Origin: a virus
Taxonomy: Duplodnaviria; Caudoviricetes
Reading direction: 5' to 3' (one strand)
DNA length: 59,429 nucleotides
Virus record (IMG/VR): IMGVR_UViG_3300007540_000001
Coordinates: 1-59,429 of that record
In this document: positions 9,525 through 19,455 of the stretch, in pieces
Numbering within the stretch: position 1 is the stretch's first letter
Layout: each line of letters opens with the position of its first letter
Notes under the pieces: model-generated
What the model was told of the DNA's origin: nothing
What the model saw: only the letters and a program-made list of their open reading frames with translations
Databases searched by the model: none
Made by a program: the position numbers and the translations under genes

Positions 9525-10508
9525 ATGGCAGAAGAACAAGAGTGGAGTGAAATAGATACTTCTAAATCCTCCGAGAAGAAAGAAGAAGTTGCTTTTGAAG
9601 TAGAGAATGAAGAACCTATTGAGAAAGTAGAAGCAGTTGTTGAAGAAAAAGAAGAAGTAAAAGAAGAACCTGTTGTACAGAAAAAAGAAATACCAGAGTT
9701 AGAAGGTATTGAAACTGATGGTGCTTCTAAAAGAATACAACATCTGGTTAAGCAGAGAAAAGAACGTGAAGAAGCTTTAATAAAAGCTCAGGCACGTATA
9801 GAAGCTTTAGAGAAACAACAAGCAGAAATTACTAAAGGTTCTTTAAATCTTAGAGAGAATGCTAATACCAGTAGTGAGAAGTTACTTCAACAGCAACTAG
9901 AGATGGCAAAACAAAGTTATCTAGATGCCTATGATAGTGGCAATAAGGAAAAGATGTTAGCTTCTCAAGAAGCAATATCTAAAGCACAAGTAGATTTAAA
10001 TAATATAGACCAAGATAAAAGTAATCTGGAACGTGTTAAAAAAGAAATAGAAGAAGCTCCACCAGCTGAAGGGATGCAAGCTCAAGCAAATCCTCAGCCT
10101 AATCAACCACAACAAGAGTTTGATCCTGTGGCTGTAGAGTGGAGTCGTAAACCAGAGAACAATTGGTTTGGACAAGATCAAGTCATGACAGCTTCAGCAT
10201 TAGCTATAGATGCTCAACTGAAGCAAGAAGGATATGATCCTAGTTCATCAGAGTTTTATGACGAAGTTGACAATCGAATGAAAGTTAATTTCCCTCATAA
10301 ATTCGGGGAGAGCCAACCGCAGAAGGCTCCTCAACAGGTAGTAGCAGGAAGCTCACGAACTCCTCCTACTTCTAAAAGCAACAAGGTTAAGTTGACACAA
10401 GATGACGTAGCCTTAGCTAAGAAGTGGAATATACCTCTTGAGAAGTATGCAGCCGAGAAGAAGAAAGCAGAATCTTCAGGTGAATATACTAACATAGATC
10501 GTGGATAG
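9525..10508 (+). CDS. Capsid scaffolding protein (putative)
   Basis: Acidic coiled coil, NNWFG and C-terminal LTQDDVALAKKWNIPLEKYA; upstream of the capsid genes. Confidence 0.75.
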   Translation: MAEEQEWSEIDTSKSSEKKEEVAFEVENEEPIEKVEAVVEEKEEVKEEPVVQKKEIPELEGIETDGASKRIQHLVKQRKEREEALIKAQARIEALEKQQAEITKGSLNLRENANTSSEKLLQQQLEMAKQSYLDAYDSGNKEKMLASQEAISKAQVDLNNIDQDKSNLERVKKEIEEAPPAEGMQAQANPQPNQPQQEFDPVAVEWSRKPENNWFGQDQVMTASALAIDAQLKQEGYDPSSSEFYDEVDNRMKVNFPHKFGESQPQKAPQQVVAGSSRTPPTSKSNKVKLTQDDVALAKKWNIPLEKYAAEKKKAESSGEYTNIDRG

Positions 10509-10998
10509 AAGGGTGCAAAAAATGAAACAATCACGTAATACGGAAACAAGAGAAGAACAAACTAGAGAATATACATACGAAGAACCTAATCTGTTGGACA
10601 TACCAGATTCAGTTTATGATCGCTTTTTAAGCCAAGGCTTGGCATTACGTTGGATACGTATATCTTTAAAAGGAGATGATGACTATAAGAATGTGGGAAG
10701 AAAAACACAACAAGGTTATGAGTTTGTAGATCCAAAGGAAGTTCCAGAAATGTTACCAACGTCTATCGTGGTGGACAAAGGTCGCTATGAAAACTGCGTT
10801 GTTCGAGGGGATGTCGCCCTTGCCAAGATAGCCAAAGGACAAGCAGAAGCCAGAAATAAGTATTATCAAGAGAAATCGGATAGTATGATGGATGCTGTAA
10901 ATCAGCAATTGATGTCAAACAACGACTCTCGAATGCCTATTCAAAATAATAGCAAGAGTAAGACTACAGTAGGAAGGCAACCAAAGTTCTCGTCTTAA
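10501..10998 (+). CDS. Conserved head-module protein
   Basis: RWIR...DDYKNV...GYEFV motif; position between scaffold and capsid. Confidence 0.75.
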   Translation: MDRRVQKMKQSRNTETREEQTREYTYEEPNLLDIPDSVYDRFLSQGLALRWIRISLKGDDDYKNVGRKTQQGYEFVDPKEVPEMLPTSIVVDKGRYENCVVRGDVALAKIAKGQAEARNKYYQEKSDSMMDAVNQQLMSNNDSRMPIQNNSKSKTTVGRQPKFSS

Positions 10999-11044
10999 TA
11001 CTGTAATTTTTTTGTAACTAACTAACCACACGAGGGAGATAACG

Positions 11045-11629
11045 ATGTCAGATACTGCATCACCAAACGGACTAGTTCCGTCTCGCAGATGGGGAAGTGC
11101 ATCTAACTCTACAGGAACAAACATGTACAACATAGCTGATGGTTATGCTACAGCAATGTTTACTGGTACTCTTGTAGAAGTTTCAGCCGGCAATCTAACA
11201 ATTCTTGCCAATGGAGCTAATTCAGGTGCAGCACCTATCGGTGTATTCCAAGGCTGTCAATATACAGCACTTAATGGAACACCAACATGGTCATCATATT
11301 GGCCAGCTGCAACAAGTGTGTTATCAGGTACACAAGCTATAGGCTATGTATGTGATGATCCATTTGCTACATTCGTTGTACAGGCAGATGCGTCTGTAAC
11401 AGCTGGAGATATTATGACTCTTAATTTTGAAGCTAACATAGGCACAGGTTCTACCATTACAGGAATTAGTAACGGATCATTAGATGCTAGTTCACGTAAA
11501 ACAGGAGCAACAGCTTTGTTCCGTCCTATTGCATATGACGCTGTACCGGGCAATTCTGCCAGCTCTGCTTATCCATATTTGGAAGTAGAATTAATCCATC
11601 ATGCACTTCGTGCTGGTGCCGTAGCATAA
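11045..11629 (+). CDS. Minor capsid/decoration protein (putative)
   Basis: GVFQGCQY and VCDDP motifs; directly before the major capsid gene. Confidence 0.65.
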   Translation: MSDTASPNGLVPSRRWGSASNSTGTNMYNIADGYATAMFTGTLVEVSAGNLTILANGANSGAAPIGVFQGCQYTALNGTPTWSSYWPAATSVLSGTQAIGYVCDDPFATFVVQADASVTAGDIMTLNFEANIGTGSTITGISNGSLDASSRKTGATALFRPIAYDAVPGNSASSAYPYLEVELIHHALRAGAVA

Positions 11630-11647
11630 TAGAAAGGGAGAAATAAC

Positions 11648-12565
11648 ATGGCTGCTATTAATAGAGCTAGTATTGCGAAGCAACTTGTTCCCGGATTAAA
11701 TGCTATATTTGGCATGGAATACGGAGAAGTTGTGGATGAATTAACACCATTGTTTGAAATGGAAAACTCAGACAGAGCTTTTGAAGAAGAAGTACTCTTC
11801 ACAGGTTTTGGATCAGCTCCAGTTAAACAAGAAGGTGCTGCTGTTCAATATGATACTGCACAAGATTCATATACAGCAAGGTATACTGCAGAAACAATTG
11901 CATTAGCATTTAGTGTAACAGAAGAAGCTATGGAGGATAATCTTTATGATACATTCTCTAAACTTCGTGCACGTGGTCTTGCAAGAGCAATGGCAAATAC
12001 TAAACAAGTAAAAGGTGCTGACATCTTTAATCAAGGATTCAACGCATCATATGGTGGTGGAGATGGAGTTCCTTTATTCTCTGCTGCTCACCCAATCGTT
12101 GGTGGTGCTAATCAAAGTAATTTGATTGCTACTAACGGAACAACTGACTTATCTGAAGCTTCACTTGAGTCAGGTTTAGTATCTGTACAAACTGCTAAAG
12201 ATGACAGAAACATTCTGATTGGTACAAACGCATTGTCAATTCACATTGCACCACACAATCAGTTTGCAGCTGCTCGTCTATTAGACAGTCCTTACAGACC
12301 GGGTACTGCTGATAATGACATTAATGCAATTAACCATGGAGGTCTAGTACCTAATGGTTACTTCGTTAATAAACGATTCAGCGATGCAGATGCATGGTTC
12401 TTAAAAACAGATTGTCCTAACGGAACTAAAATGTTTAACAGAACACCATTGCAAACACAAATGTTACCTGACTTTGATACAGGCAACCTAAGATATAAGG
12501 CTAGAGAAAGATATTCTTTCGGTTGGTCTGATTGGAGAGGTTACTTTGGATCACAAGGTAGTTAA
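11648..12565 (+). CDS. Major capsid protein
   Basis: PGLNAIFGMEY, SDRAFEEE, RYKARERYSFGWSDWRG; strong SD; followed by a terminator. Confidence 0.92.
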   Translation: MAAINRASIAKQLVPGLNAIFGMEYGEVVDELTPLFEMENSDRAFEEEVLFTGFGSAPVKQEGAAVQYDTAQDSYTARYTAETIALAFSVTEEAMEDNLYDTFSKLRARGLARAMANTKQVKGADIFNQGFNASYGGGDGVPLFSAAHPIVGGANQSNLIATNGTTDLSEASLESGLVSVQTAKDDRNILIGTNALSIHIAPHNQFAAARLLDSPYRPGTADNDINAINHGGLVPNGYFVNKRFSDADAWFLKTDCPNGTKMFNRTPLQTQMLPDFDTGNLRYKARERYSFGWSDWRGYFGSQGS

Positions 12566-12577
12566 CCTTTAGAACAC

Positions 12578-12624
12578 AGGGGAGAGCGACTTAATAGAAT
12601 TAGGTTCGAGCTCTCCCCTTTTTT
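12578..12624 (+). terminator. Intrinsic terminator after the major capsid gene
   Basis: AGGGGAGAGC / GCTCTCCCCT stem with extended inner stem and T tract. Confidence 0.85.
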
Positions 12625-12632
12625 ATAAATTA

Positions 12633-12670
12633 CTTCTGACAGCGAAAGCTGACATTAGCCACGACAGGAG
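12633..12670 (+). promoter_or_regulatory. Structured leader sequestering the SD of the next gene
   Basis: CUUCUG pairs with CAGGAG and encloses a CAGC-GAAA-GCUG GNRA hairpin. Confidence 0.5.
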
Positions 12671-12677
12671 AAATAAC

Positions 12678-13175
12678 ATGGCAAACACGACTTTTTCAGG
12701 ACCAATAAGAACTGGTTCGATTTCACATACTACTGGTACATCAGTAGGAACAGACGTTAAAAATCTAGGTTGGGTACAAAACTCTCAAGCTTTCTTTGTA
12801 TCAATTGGTGATACTACTGTATCTACAACTGTTGTTATTCCAGCACGTAGTATGGTTACTGCAATACATGGACACGTAACAGAAATATTTAATTCAGGAA
12901 CATCTGATGATTTTGATATAGGTACTGCAGGTGATACTGATTTATATGTTAATGGAACATCTGTAGGAGATACAATTGGATTCCATAATATAGGAGGTGC
13001 TGTAGCTAATACATCAGCATGGACTGACACAGGTGCAACTGATCAAAGAGTAATCTGTGTACATAATGCTGTTGGTACTGCAGGTAGTACTGGTAAAATG
13101 TATGTAGTAATTGATTATCTACAACATCGTAACTTTAACAATGTAGTAGATGTTGTTACTGCTCCAACAACTTAA
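12678..13175 (+). CDS. Virion structural protein (putative head accessory)
   Basis: MANTTFSGPIR start, beta-rich, follows the capsid gene. Confidence 0.7.
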   Translation: MANTTFSGPIRTGSISHTTGTSVGTDVKNLGWVQNSQAFFVSIGDTTVSTTVVIPARSMVTAIHGHVTEIFNSGTSDDFDIGTAGDTDLYVNGTSVGDTIGFHNIGGAVANTSAWTDTGATDQRVICVHNAVGTAGSTGKMYVVIDYLQHRNFNNVVDVVTAPTT

Positions 13176-13246
13176 TTTTCATAAGTATTAAGTTTAGTTT
13201 ATAATAGGGGAGGAGTAAAATTCTCCCCTGACAATTGGAGTAAAAG

Positions 13247-13588
13247 ATGGCAACAAATATTAAAACAGGTGTTGTAAGTTTAGATAGAGGTGTTGGTGGT
13301 ACTGGTAATTTTATAGACCTAGCCAGCGATGTTTCAATTATAGATACTCGTATCAGAGGTTTTGGTTATGCTAGTAAACAAGCTGGTATAATGAACATAG
13401 CTGATACAAGTGGTATATTAATTCAACAACCTATCTATGCAGCAGATACTGAAGATACAATTTATTTTGATCCTTTAGGAATAAGAGTTAACGGAAAAGT
13501 TTCTATGACAATGGTAAGTATAACAGGCGGAGGAGATGTAACTACTACTGTTTCTGCCAATGTGAATGCTTACATTTATTATGGATAG
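13247..13588 (+). CDS. Virion structural protein (putative)
   Basis: ORF track; GGAG SD; morphogenesis module. Confidence 0.65.
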   Translation: MATNIKTGVVSLDRGVGGTGNFIDLASDVSIIDTRIRGFGYASKQAGIMNIADTSGILIQQPIYAADTEDTIYFDPLGIRVNGKVSMTMVSITGGGDVTTTVSANVNAYIYYG

Positions 13589-13592
13589 ATAA

Positions 13593-14246
13593 ATGAATTA
13601 TACTACATTAGTAAGTTCAGTTATTGCTACCACAGAAAATGAAGCTACGGAATTTATTTCCCAACTTCCTGATATGGTAGGTAGAGCTCAAGAAAGAATA
13701 CTTGGGGATATAGATGATATTGGTTTAACCAGTTATACTAGTGTTGCTGTAAGTGCTAACAATGCTTTTATTACAGTACCAACAGGATCAGAGTTAGTTA
13801 AAGGATTAGTAGTAGACACTTCAGGTTCCAAAGGTTCTTTACTACAAAGAGAATATGATTATATAATAGACTACTGGCCCGTATCTGTTTCAACTGGTAC
13901 TCCAAGATATTATGGTTTTAAAAGTAATACACAAATTAAAATAGCTCCAACTCCATCAACAACTCTTGATGCAGAAATAGCTTATCAAACTAATCTAACT
14001 ACATTAACTTCATCAACACAATCTAATTATTTAACAGACTTCTGTCCATCATTATTGTTTGATGCTACTATGGTAGAAGCTACATACTTTATGAAAGACT
14101 ATGCAGTATTACAAGCATGGCAACAACAATATGCAACTGAAGCAGCACGTATAAGAAATAGAGCTAGACGTTCAAGAACTAATACAATGCAAGATAACTG
14201 GAGTCCAGCTGGCACTCCTGATACGATTCAAAAGGGAGGAAGCTAA
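13593..14246 (+). CDS. Head-tail adaptor protein
   Basis: MNYTTL...GTPRYY...APTP...LLFDA pattern of podovirus adaptors. Confidence 0.75.
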   Translation: MNYTTLVSSVIATTENEATEFISQLPDMVGRAQERILGDIDDIGLTSYTSVAVSANNAFITVPTGSELVKGLVVDTSGSKGSLLQREYDYIIDYWPVSVSTGTPRYYGFKSNTQIKIAPTPSTTLDAEIAYQTNLTTLTSSTQSNYLTDFCPSLLFDATMVEATYFMKDYAVLQAWQQQYATEAARIRNRARRSRTNTMQDNWSPAGTPDTIQKGGS

Positions 14247-14878
14247 TGCCAATTAATAGTGCAAGTGGAAGAAATATAGGAGGAGGTAATAAAGATGTAT
14301 CTTCTCATTATAGAGGTTTTGATTCTGGTAAAGGAAATCCTTATCCAGATAAAGCACCAACTTCATTTAATAAACCACCAAAGCCACAAATGAAAAATAC
14401 TAGAACTTCTATGGATGGAGTTCAAAAAGGAAGATTAGGTGGACCAAGAAATTCTGCAAAAGATATTAGAGAAAAACCTAAAAAAAGTATTATAGATAGA
14501 TTAAAAGATTTTGCTACAAAAGGAGAGAATAAAGGAATAGGTCCTCAAGTTCCTGATCTATCTGCTGATCTAGAAAATATTTCTAATGTAGATTATTCTA
14601 AAGATAATAGAGATTCTATGTTGAAAGTAGATATACCAATTACTAAAACTGATAATATAGGTGCTCTAATGAGAAGTCCTAGAAGAAGAACACCGGGACA
14701 AGGAAGCTATCAAAGAGGTACACCAACTAAAACTAAAATGGTATTAGCTCCACATAGAAATCCAACTAATAAAAAAGTTAGAGTAGCTGATAGACCTGTT
14801 ACACGTAAGAAAAAAACAATGATTAATCCTAACAGAGGTTTTTCTGGTGGTGGATTAGTTGCATCTTTATACGATTAA
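14246..14878 (+). CDS. Basic disordered protein with C-terminal GG motif
   Basis: K/R/P-rich; ends RGFSGGGLVASLYD. Confidence 0.75.
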   Translation: MPINSASGRNIGGGNKDVSSHYRGFDSGKGNPYPDKAPTSFNKPPKPQMKNTRTSMDGVQKGRLGGPRNSAKDIREKPKKSIIDRLKDFATKGENKGIGPQVPDLSADLENISNVDYSKDNRDSMLKVDIPITKTDNIGALMRSPRRRTPGQGSYQRGTPTKTKMVLAPHRNPTNKKVRVADRPVTRKKKTMINPNRGFSGGGLVASLYD

Positions 14879-14893
14879 ATTTAAGGAAAGATA

Positions 14894-15118
14894 ATGTCAC
14901 AAAAACAAAAAGGTTGGAAAGATAAAATTCTAGATAAAGCAGCTAATAAACTTAGAAAGTTAGAAAAAAAATATATAGACAAAATTCCAGAAGATGAAAA
15001 AGAATATAGTAATGATTTGTTTAAACAAAATAATAATAAAGAAGATAATAATGACTTATTTAAAAATGCAAGTGGTGGTAGAATAGTGTCATCATTTTAT
15101 AAAGGGGGAAAAATATGA
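14894..15118 (+). CDS. Small protein with GG motifs
   Basis: Ends NASGGRIVSSFYKGGKI. Confidence 0.75.
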   Translation: MSQKQKGWKDKILDKAANKLRKLEKKYIDKIPEDEKEYSNDLFKQNNNKEDNNDLFKNASGGRIVSSFYKGGKI

Positions 15119-15471
15119 TGGCAAATAAAATTAAAATTGAAGTTAAGAATGCAGATGGTACAGTTAATAAAAAAGAAACAGCTCGTATTAAAGAAAATAC
15201 TAGACGTATGGAAAATGAAAGAAAAACAGATATGTTTGGTAAGAGTAGAAAAAAAAGAATAACTGAAGTTCCCAGAGATGCCCTTATAAAAGGAGTAAGA
15301 AATGTAATGTCTGTAATTCCGGGACAAGTAGGTAAAAGAGGTAAAGAAGATTTAATGCTTAATCGTATGGCTAAAGAAGTAGATAAGAACTATTTAGAAG
15401 AAAAATCTAAAGGTGGTTCTTTATCAGGTTCTAAACTAGTAGCTTCATTTTATAAAGGGGGAAGAATATAA
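15115..15471 (+). CDS. Basic protein with GG motifs
   Basis: Ends KSKGGSLSGSKLVASFYKGGRI. Confidence 0.75.
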   Translation: MMANKIKIEVKNADGTVNKKETARIKENTRRMENERKTDMFGKSRKKRITEVPRDALIKGVRNVMSVIPGQVGKRGKEDLMLNRMAKEVDKNYLEEKSKGGSLSGSKLVASFYKGGRI

Positions 15472-15698
15472 TGTTAAAAAATAATTTTAAATCATCTAAG
15501 GAAGCAAGAACAGGTAAAGGAGAAAAACTTAAATTAGATTCTTTTACTGATTCAACAGGTAGACCAACTGGACAAGGATTTGGTGCAGCACGTAAAGGAC
15601 CTTCTGTTGTAACCTTAAACAGAGGTGGACCAGCTAAACAAAAGTATCCATTAAAGTTAAAAGGTGGTGGAATGCCAGCTCGTATGAGAAATAGATAA
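15471..15698 (+). CDS. Basic protein with GG motifs
   Basis: GRPTGQGFGAARKG, LNRGG, LKGGGM. Confidence 0.75.
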   Translation: MLKNNFKSSKEARTGKGEKLKLDSFTDSTGRPTGQGFGAARKGPSVVTLNRGGPAKQKYPLKLKGGGMPARMRNR

Positions 15699-15874
15699 TG
15701 GCAATTACACGAGCTAAGACGGGTAAACAAATTAAAGGTAAACTTGGATCTGGTAAAAGGTTTAAGAAGCTTGCTAAAAAAACTTCCCCTGCTTTAGCTG
15801 CTTATATAGGCAGAAAAAAGTATGGAAAGAAAAAGTTCCAACAGCTTAGTGCTAAAGGAAGAAAACGTAAATAA
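15698..15874 (+). CDS. Small Lys/Arg-rich protein (58 aa)
   Basis: Manual ORF MAITRAKTGKQIKGKLGSGKRFKKL...ALAAYIGRKKYGKKKFQQLSAKGRKRK*; TAATG coupling. Confidence 0.8.
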   Translation: MAITRAKTGKQIKGKLGSGKRFKKLAKKTSPALAAYIGRKKYGKKKFQQLSAKGRKRK

Positions 15875-15901
15875 CATTAACCAATAAAAGGAGGTGGTCT
15901 G

Positions 15902-16087
15902 ATGGCTGCAGCAAAAAAAGTAGGTAAAAAGAAACAAGGTTATAAGGCTCGTAAAGATGAATCAATTGCAATGAGAGTTAAAAAGAAAAGAACTCCAAAA
16001 CAGTTAAGAGCATCTGCAAATGAATCTTATGGTAAGTTTGGTTCTAAAGCTAAGAAAAAAGGTAAAATTAATAGAAGAAAAGCTTAG
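15902..16087 (+). CDS. Small Lys/Arg-rich protein
   Basis: KQGYKARKDESIAMR motif; GGAGG SD. Confidence 0.8.
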   Translation: MAAAKKVGKKKQGYKARKDESIAMRVKKKRTPKQLRASANESYGKFGSKAKKKGKINRRKA

Positions 16088-16096
16088 GAAAAACTA

Positions 16097-16789
16097 ATGG
16101 CTACATCTGGTACTAATGCATTTAATTTAGATTTCTATGTGGATGAAATCATTGAGGAAGCTTACGAGCTTGCTGGTGGTCAACCACAAACAGGATATGA
16201 TGGTCGTAGTGCCAGACGTAGTTTAAATCTTTTATTAACTGACTGGCAAAATCGTGGTGTTCTTTTATGGGGTACAGATTTACAAACAGTAACTCTTACT
16301 TATAATCAAGCAAAAGAAACATTGGATACATCAACAGTAGATGTACTTGATGGTTATATGCGAGCTTCTAATGAAGGTAATGATTTGCAAATGACTCGTG
16401 TATCTTATGAAGAATACGAAGGTATTGTAGATAAAACTTCAACAGGAAGACCTGTACAGTTTGCTACACTCAGAGGAGAGAATACAGTTTCAGTATACTT
16501 CTGGCCTGTGCCTGATAATACTCAGACATATACTTTTAGATATTATAGAGTAAGAAGATTATATGATATTACTAAGAGTGCTCTTCAAAATGCTGATGTA
16601 CCTTTTAGATTTTTACCTTGCCTTATTAATGGACTTGCTTATTATCTATCTATGAAAAGACCTAATACTTCAGGTGATAGAATTATGATGTTAAAAGCAA
16701 ACTATGAAGAAACATTCCAATCAGCTTTTGAAGCAGATAAACAAAGAGCAGATATGTATGTAGTTCCTAGATTAGGATATATTAATTAA
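16097..16789 (+). CDS. Head-tail connector/adaptor protein
   Basis: IIEEAYE...ARRSLNLL..WQNRG...GRP...WPVPD...GLAYYLS. Confidence 0.75.
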   Translation: MATSGTNAFNLDFYVDEIIEEAYELAGGQPQTGYDGRSARRSLNLLLTDWQNRGVLLWGTDLQTVTLTYNQAKETLDTSTVDVLDGYMRASNEGNDLQMTRVSYEEYEGIVDKTSTGRPVQFATLRGENTVSVYFWPVPDNTQTYTFRYYRVRRLYDITKSALQNADVPFRFLPCLINGLAYYLSMKRPNTSGDRIMMLKANYEETFQSAFEADKQRADMYVVPRLGYIN

Positions 16790-17067
16790 TGGCAAGTAAT
16801 TCACGAACACCGGGAATTTGTGATCAATGTGGTTTTCAATATAAATTACATGTATTACAAAAGACTAGTTATAATACTAAGGTTTGTCCTGAATGTTGGG
16901 ATGGTATGTGGAACATTCAAAACAATCCTTTAAATTATTCTCCTACTATAACTCCTGAAGTTCCTGTACGAGATCCAAGACCTCCATCAAATGTAGATAG
17001 AAATATTTCATGGGAGGGTGCTACAATGAATTGGGAAGAGCAAACTAATGATTGGAATCTTGTCTAA
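16789..17067 (+). CDS. Zn-finger-like protein
   Basis: CDQC...CPEC, DPRP. Confidence 0.75.
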   Translation: MASNSRTPGICDQCGFQYKLHVLQKTSYNTKVCPECWDGMWNIQNNPLNYSPTITPEVPVRDPRPPSNVDRNISWEGATMNWEEQTNDWNLV

Positions 17068-17080
17068 GTTGTGGTATGAT
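17052..17080 (+). promoter_or_regulatory. Promoter of the tail fibre genes
   Basis: TTGGAA-17nt-TATGAT with TGG extended -10. Confidence 0.55.
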
Positions 17081-17102
17081 AAAGAAAGTTTGGAGCTAAA
17101 GA

Positions 17103-19118
17103 ATGACGACATTAACTGGTACTAAAATTGCAAATACTTATGGTGGACTACTCAAGGTTAGTTCAACAGGAGTAAGTGGCACTCTACAAAATGTTACAGA
17201 TGGTTATGGTAATAATTCTGCCATTCAACTTTCTAATTCTACATTTAATATTTCAGGTGCTTTTCAATTAGGTGGTACAGCAATTACTGCTGATGCTTCT
17301 GCAATTAATGCTATAACAGATTTAACAGGTTTCAATGGCTATGTTGCCATGGTTAGTGGTGTTGCTTATGGTAGAGAGTTAACACGTAGTGCTCCTTTAT
17401 CTATTACTAATGGTGCAGGACAAGCTGGTAATACTAATATATCTTTACAGATTAGTGGTATAACTTCTGGTACTTATGGTCCTTTACATAAATTTAATAT
17501 TAGTGAATTTGGAATAGTAGTTAGTGCAGAGACTACTTCAAGCATGACTCTAACTAATTTATCTGTAACTGATCTTTGGGTAGCTCAAACTCTTACAGGA
17601 AACAGAGCAACTTTTATTAATGAAGTATCTGCTACTGGAGGTTTTAGAGGAGCTCTTACTGGTGATGTAACTGGTAATGTAGTAGGAAATGTAACTGGTA
17701 ATGTAGTAGGAGATGTAACTGGTGATCTTACAGGAGATGTAACAGGAGATGTTACTGGTAATTTAACTGGTAATGTAACTGGTAATGTTAGTGGAGCAAC
17801 TGCAAACTTTAGTTCTAAAGTAAGTGGAACTATGGTAGTAGGAGCAAGTGCAACTTTTACTCAACAAGTAAGTGCAGGATTTTACTATGGAGATGGTAGA
17901 CATTTAGTTAATCTTCCTTCTGGTGCTGGTGGTACAATGAATGCTCTAACTGCTGGTAATGGAATTAATATAACAGTAGATGCAGGTACAACAACAACAG
18001 CAAATGTAAGTGGTACTATAAAAGTTTCAGATGCATTAACTATTACTTCATTAGAATTAACAGGTACAGGAGATGGATTACAAGTTAATCATAATGCTAG
18101 AATTAATGGTAATGTTACAGCATCTGCATACTGGGGGGATGGTTCTAATCTAACAAACTTACCAAGTGCTTCAACATCTGTTGCAGCTTTCACAGTTAAT
18201 CAACTTACTGCTGTATCTTCATCTGCATTAGCTTCAGCATCTGCAAGTAGTTTAGTAGTAAGTGGTAATGTAACAGCTACTGCATATTGGGGAGATGGTT
18301 CTAATTTAACTAACTTACCAAGTGCTCCTACATCTGTAGCAACATTTACAGTTAATCAACTTACAGCAGTATCATCTGCTATATTAGCTTCTGCTACAGC
18401 AGATAGTTTAGTAGTAAGTGGTAATGTAACTGCATCTGGATATTGGGGAAGTGGTGCTAACTTAACAGGTATTGTGTTACCTGCAAGTGGTACAGATTTA
18501 AATTTAAACAATCTTAATGTAGGAGTTAAAACTTCTACTACAGCTCTGGCAGTAAATGCTATTGCATCTATAGGTGGAGATGTTTATGTAGCGGGTGGTA
18601 GTATAGAAGTAAAAACAGATAGCGGTTCTCCAGCAAATATAGATTTATATTGTGAAGTTGGTAATGCTCATTATGCAAGATTAGAAGCTCCAGCTCATTC
18701 AGCATTTAGTGGTAATGTAGTAGCAACTATGCCTGTAAGTACTACAAAACTAGCAGGTGTTTCAACAACAGATACATTTGTAAATAAATCTTTTGGTAAT
18801 CAAACTACATTTGGAAGTGGTATAACTGTTGGAACTAATGTAACTGCTGCAGCTTATTGGGGTGATGGTTCTAACTTAACTAATTTAACACCTTTTACTT
18901 CTTCAGCTAATTTAACAGTAAATAACTTAGGAGTAGTAACTGCTGCAAGTATTACTGATTTAACAGCAGGAACAGTAGATGTAACAGGACAAGTATCTGG
19001 AGTAGGAATAACTTTAAGTGGTAATGTTACAGCTTCAGGATATTGGGGAGATGGATCAAACTTAACTGGAGTAGCTACTAATGATAGTATTATAGCTCTC
19101 GCAATAGCATTAGGATAA
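17103..19118 (+). CDS. Tail fibre protein
   Basis: TGDV/TGNV repeats, repeated YWGDGSNLT, LYCEVGNAHY..APAHS segment, C-terminal IALAIALG. Confidence 0.85.
   Translation: MTTLTGTKIANTYGGLLKVSSTGVSGTLQNVTDGYGNNSAIQLSNSTFNISGAFQLGGTAITADASAINAITDLTGFNGYVAMVSGVAYGRELTRSAPLSITNGAGQAGNTNISLQISGITSGTYGPLHKFNISEFGIVVSAETTSSMTLTNLSVTDLWVAQTLTGNRATFINEVSATGGFRGALTGDVTGNVVGNVTGNVVGDVTGDLTGDVTGDVTGNLTGNVTGNVSGATANFSSKVSGTMVVGASATFTQQVSAGFYYGDGRHLVNLPSGAGGTMNALTAGNGINITVDAGTTTTANVSGTIKVSDALTITSLELTGTGDGLQVNHNARINGNVTASAYWGDGSNLTNLPSASTSVAAFTVNQLTAVSSSALASASASSLVVSGNVTATAYWGDGSNLTNLPSAPTSVATFTVNQLTAVSSAILASATADSLVVSGNVTASGYWGSGANLTGIVLPASGTDLNLNNLNVGVKTSTTALAVNAIASIGGDVYVAGGSIEVKTDSGSPANIDLYCEVGNAHYARLEAPAHSAFSGNVVATMPVSTTKLAGVSTTDTFVNKSFGNQTTFGSGITVGTNVTAAAYWGDGSNLTNLTPFTSSANLTVNNLGVVTAASITDLTAGTVDVTGQVSGVGITLSGNVTASGYWGDGSNLTGVATNDSIIALAIALG
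18108..18470 (+). repeat. 156-bp (52-aa) tandem repeat in the tail fibre
   Basis: GNVTASAYWGDGSNLTNLPS...SLVVS unit starting at 18108, 18264 and partially at 18420. Confidence 0.85.
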
Positions 19119-19122
19119 TAAC

Positions 19123-19455
19123 ATGGCAAATACATTTTTAAGAAAAACATCACAAGGAATAGGCACAGGAGCAACAAGAGTAGGAAGTTATACTGTTGCT
19201 TCAGCTACACAAACAACTGTTATAGGATTAACTTTAGCAAATGTAACAGGAAGCACCATTTATGTTGACTGTGATCATAATGATGGAGCTACTGATACAG
19301 CTTTAGTTAAGACTGCACCTATACCATCAGGAGGTTCATTGATAGTTGTAGGAGGAGATCAAAAAGTTGTATTACAAACAGGAGATGGTATATTTGTTAA
19401 TTCAGATGTAGCTTCTTCCGTTGATGTTGTAATGTCAATATTGGAGATAACATAA
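19123..19455 (+). CDS. Tail fibre-associated small protein
   Basis: MANTF...KVVLQTGD...SILEIT, follows the AIALG-ending fibre. Confidence 0.75.
   Translation: MANTFLRKTSQGIGTGATRVGSYTVASATQTTVIGLTLANVTGSTIYVDCDHNDGATDTALVKTAPIPSGGSLIVVGGDQKVVLQTGDGIFVNSDVASSVDVVMSILEIT

Noticed and set aside
12578-12624. tRNA suggested by GGTTCGA
   Set aside because: No cloverleaf; it is the arm of a terminator hairpin
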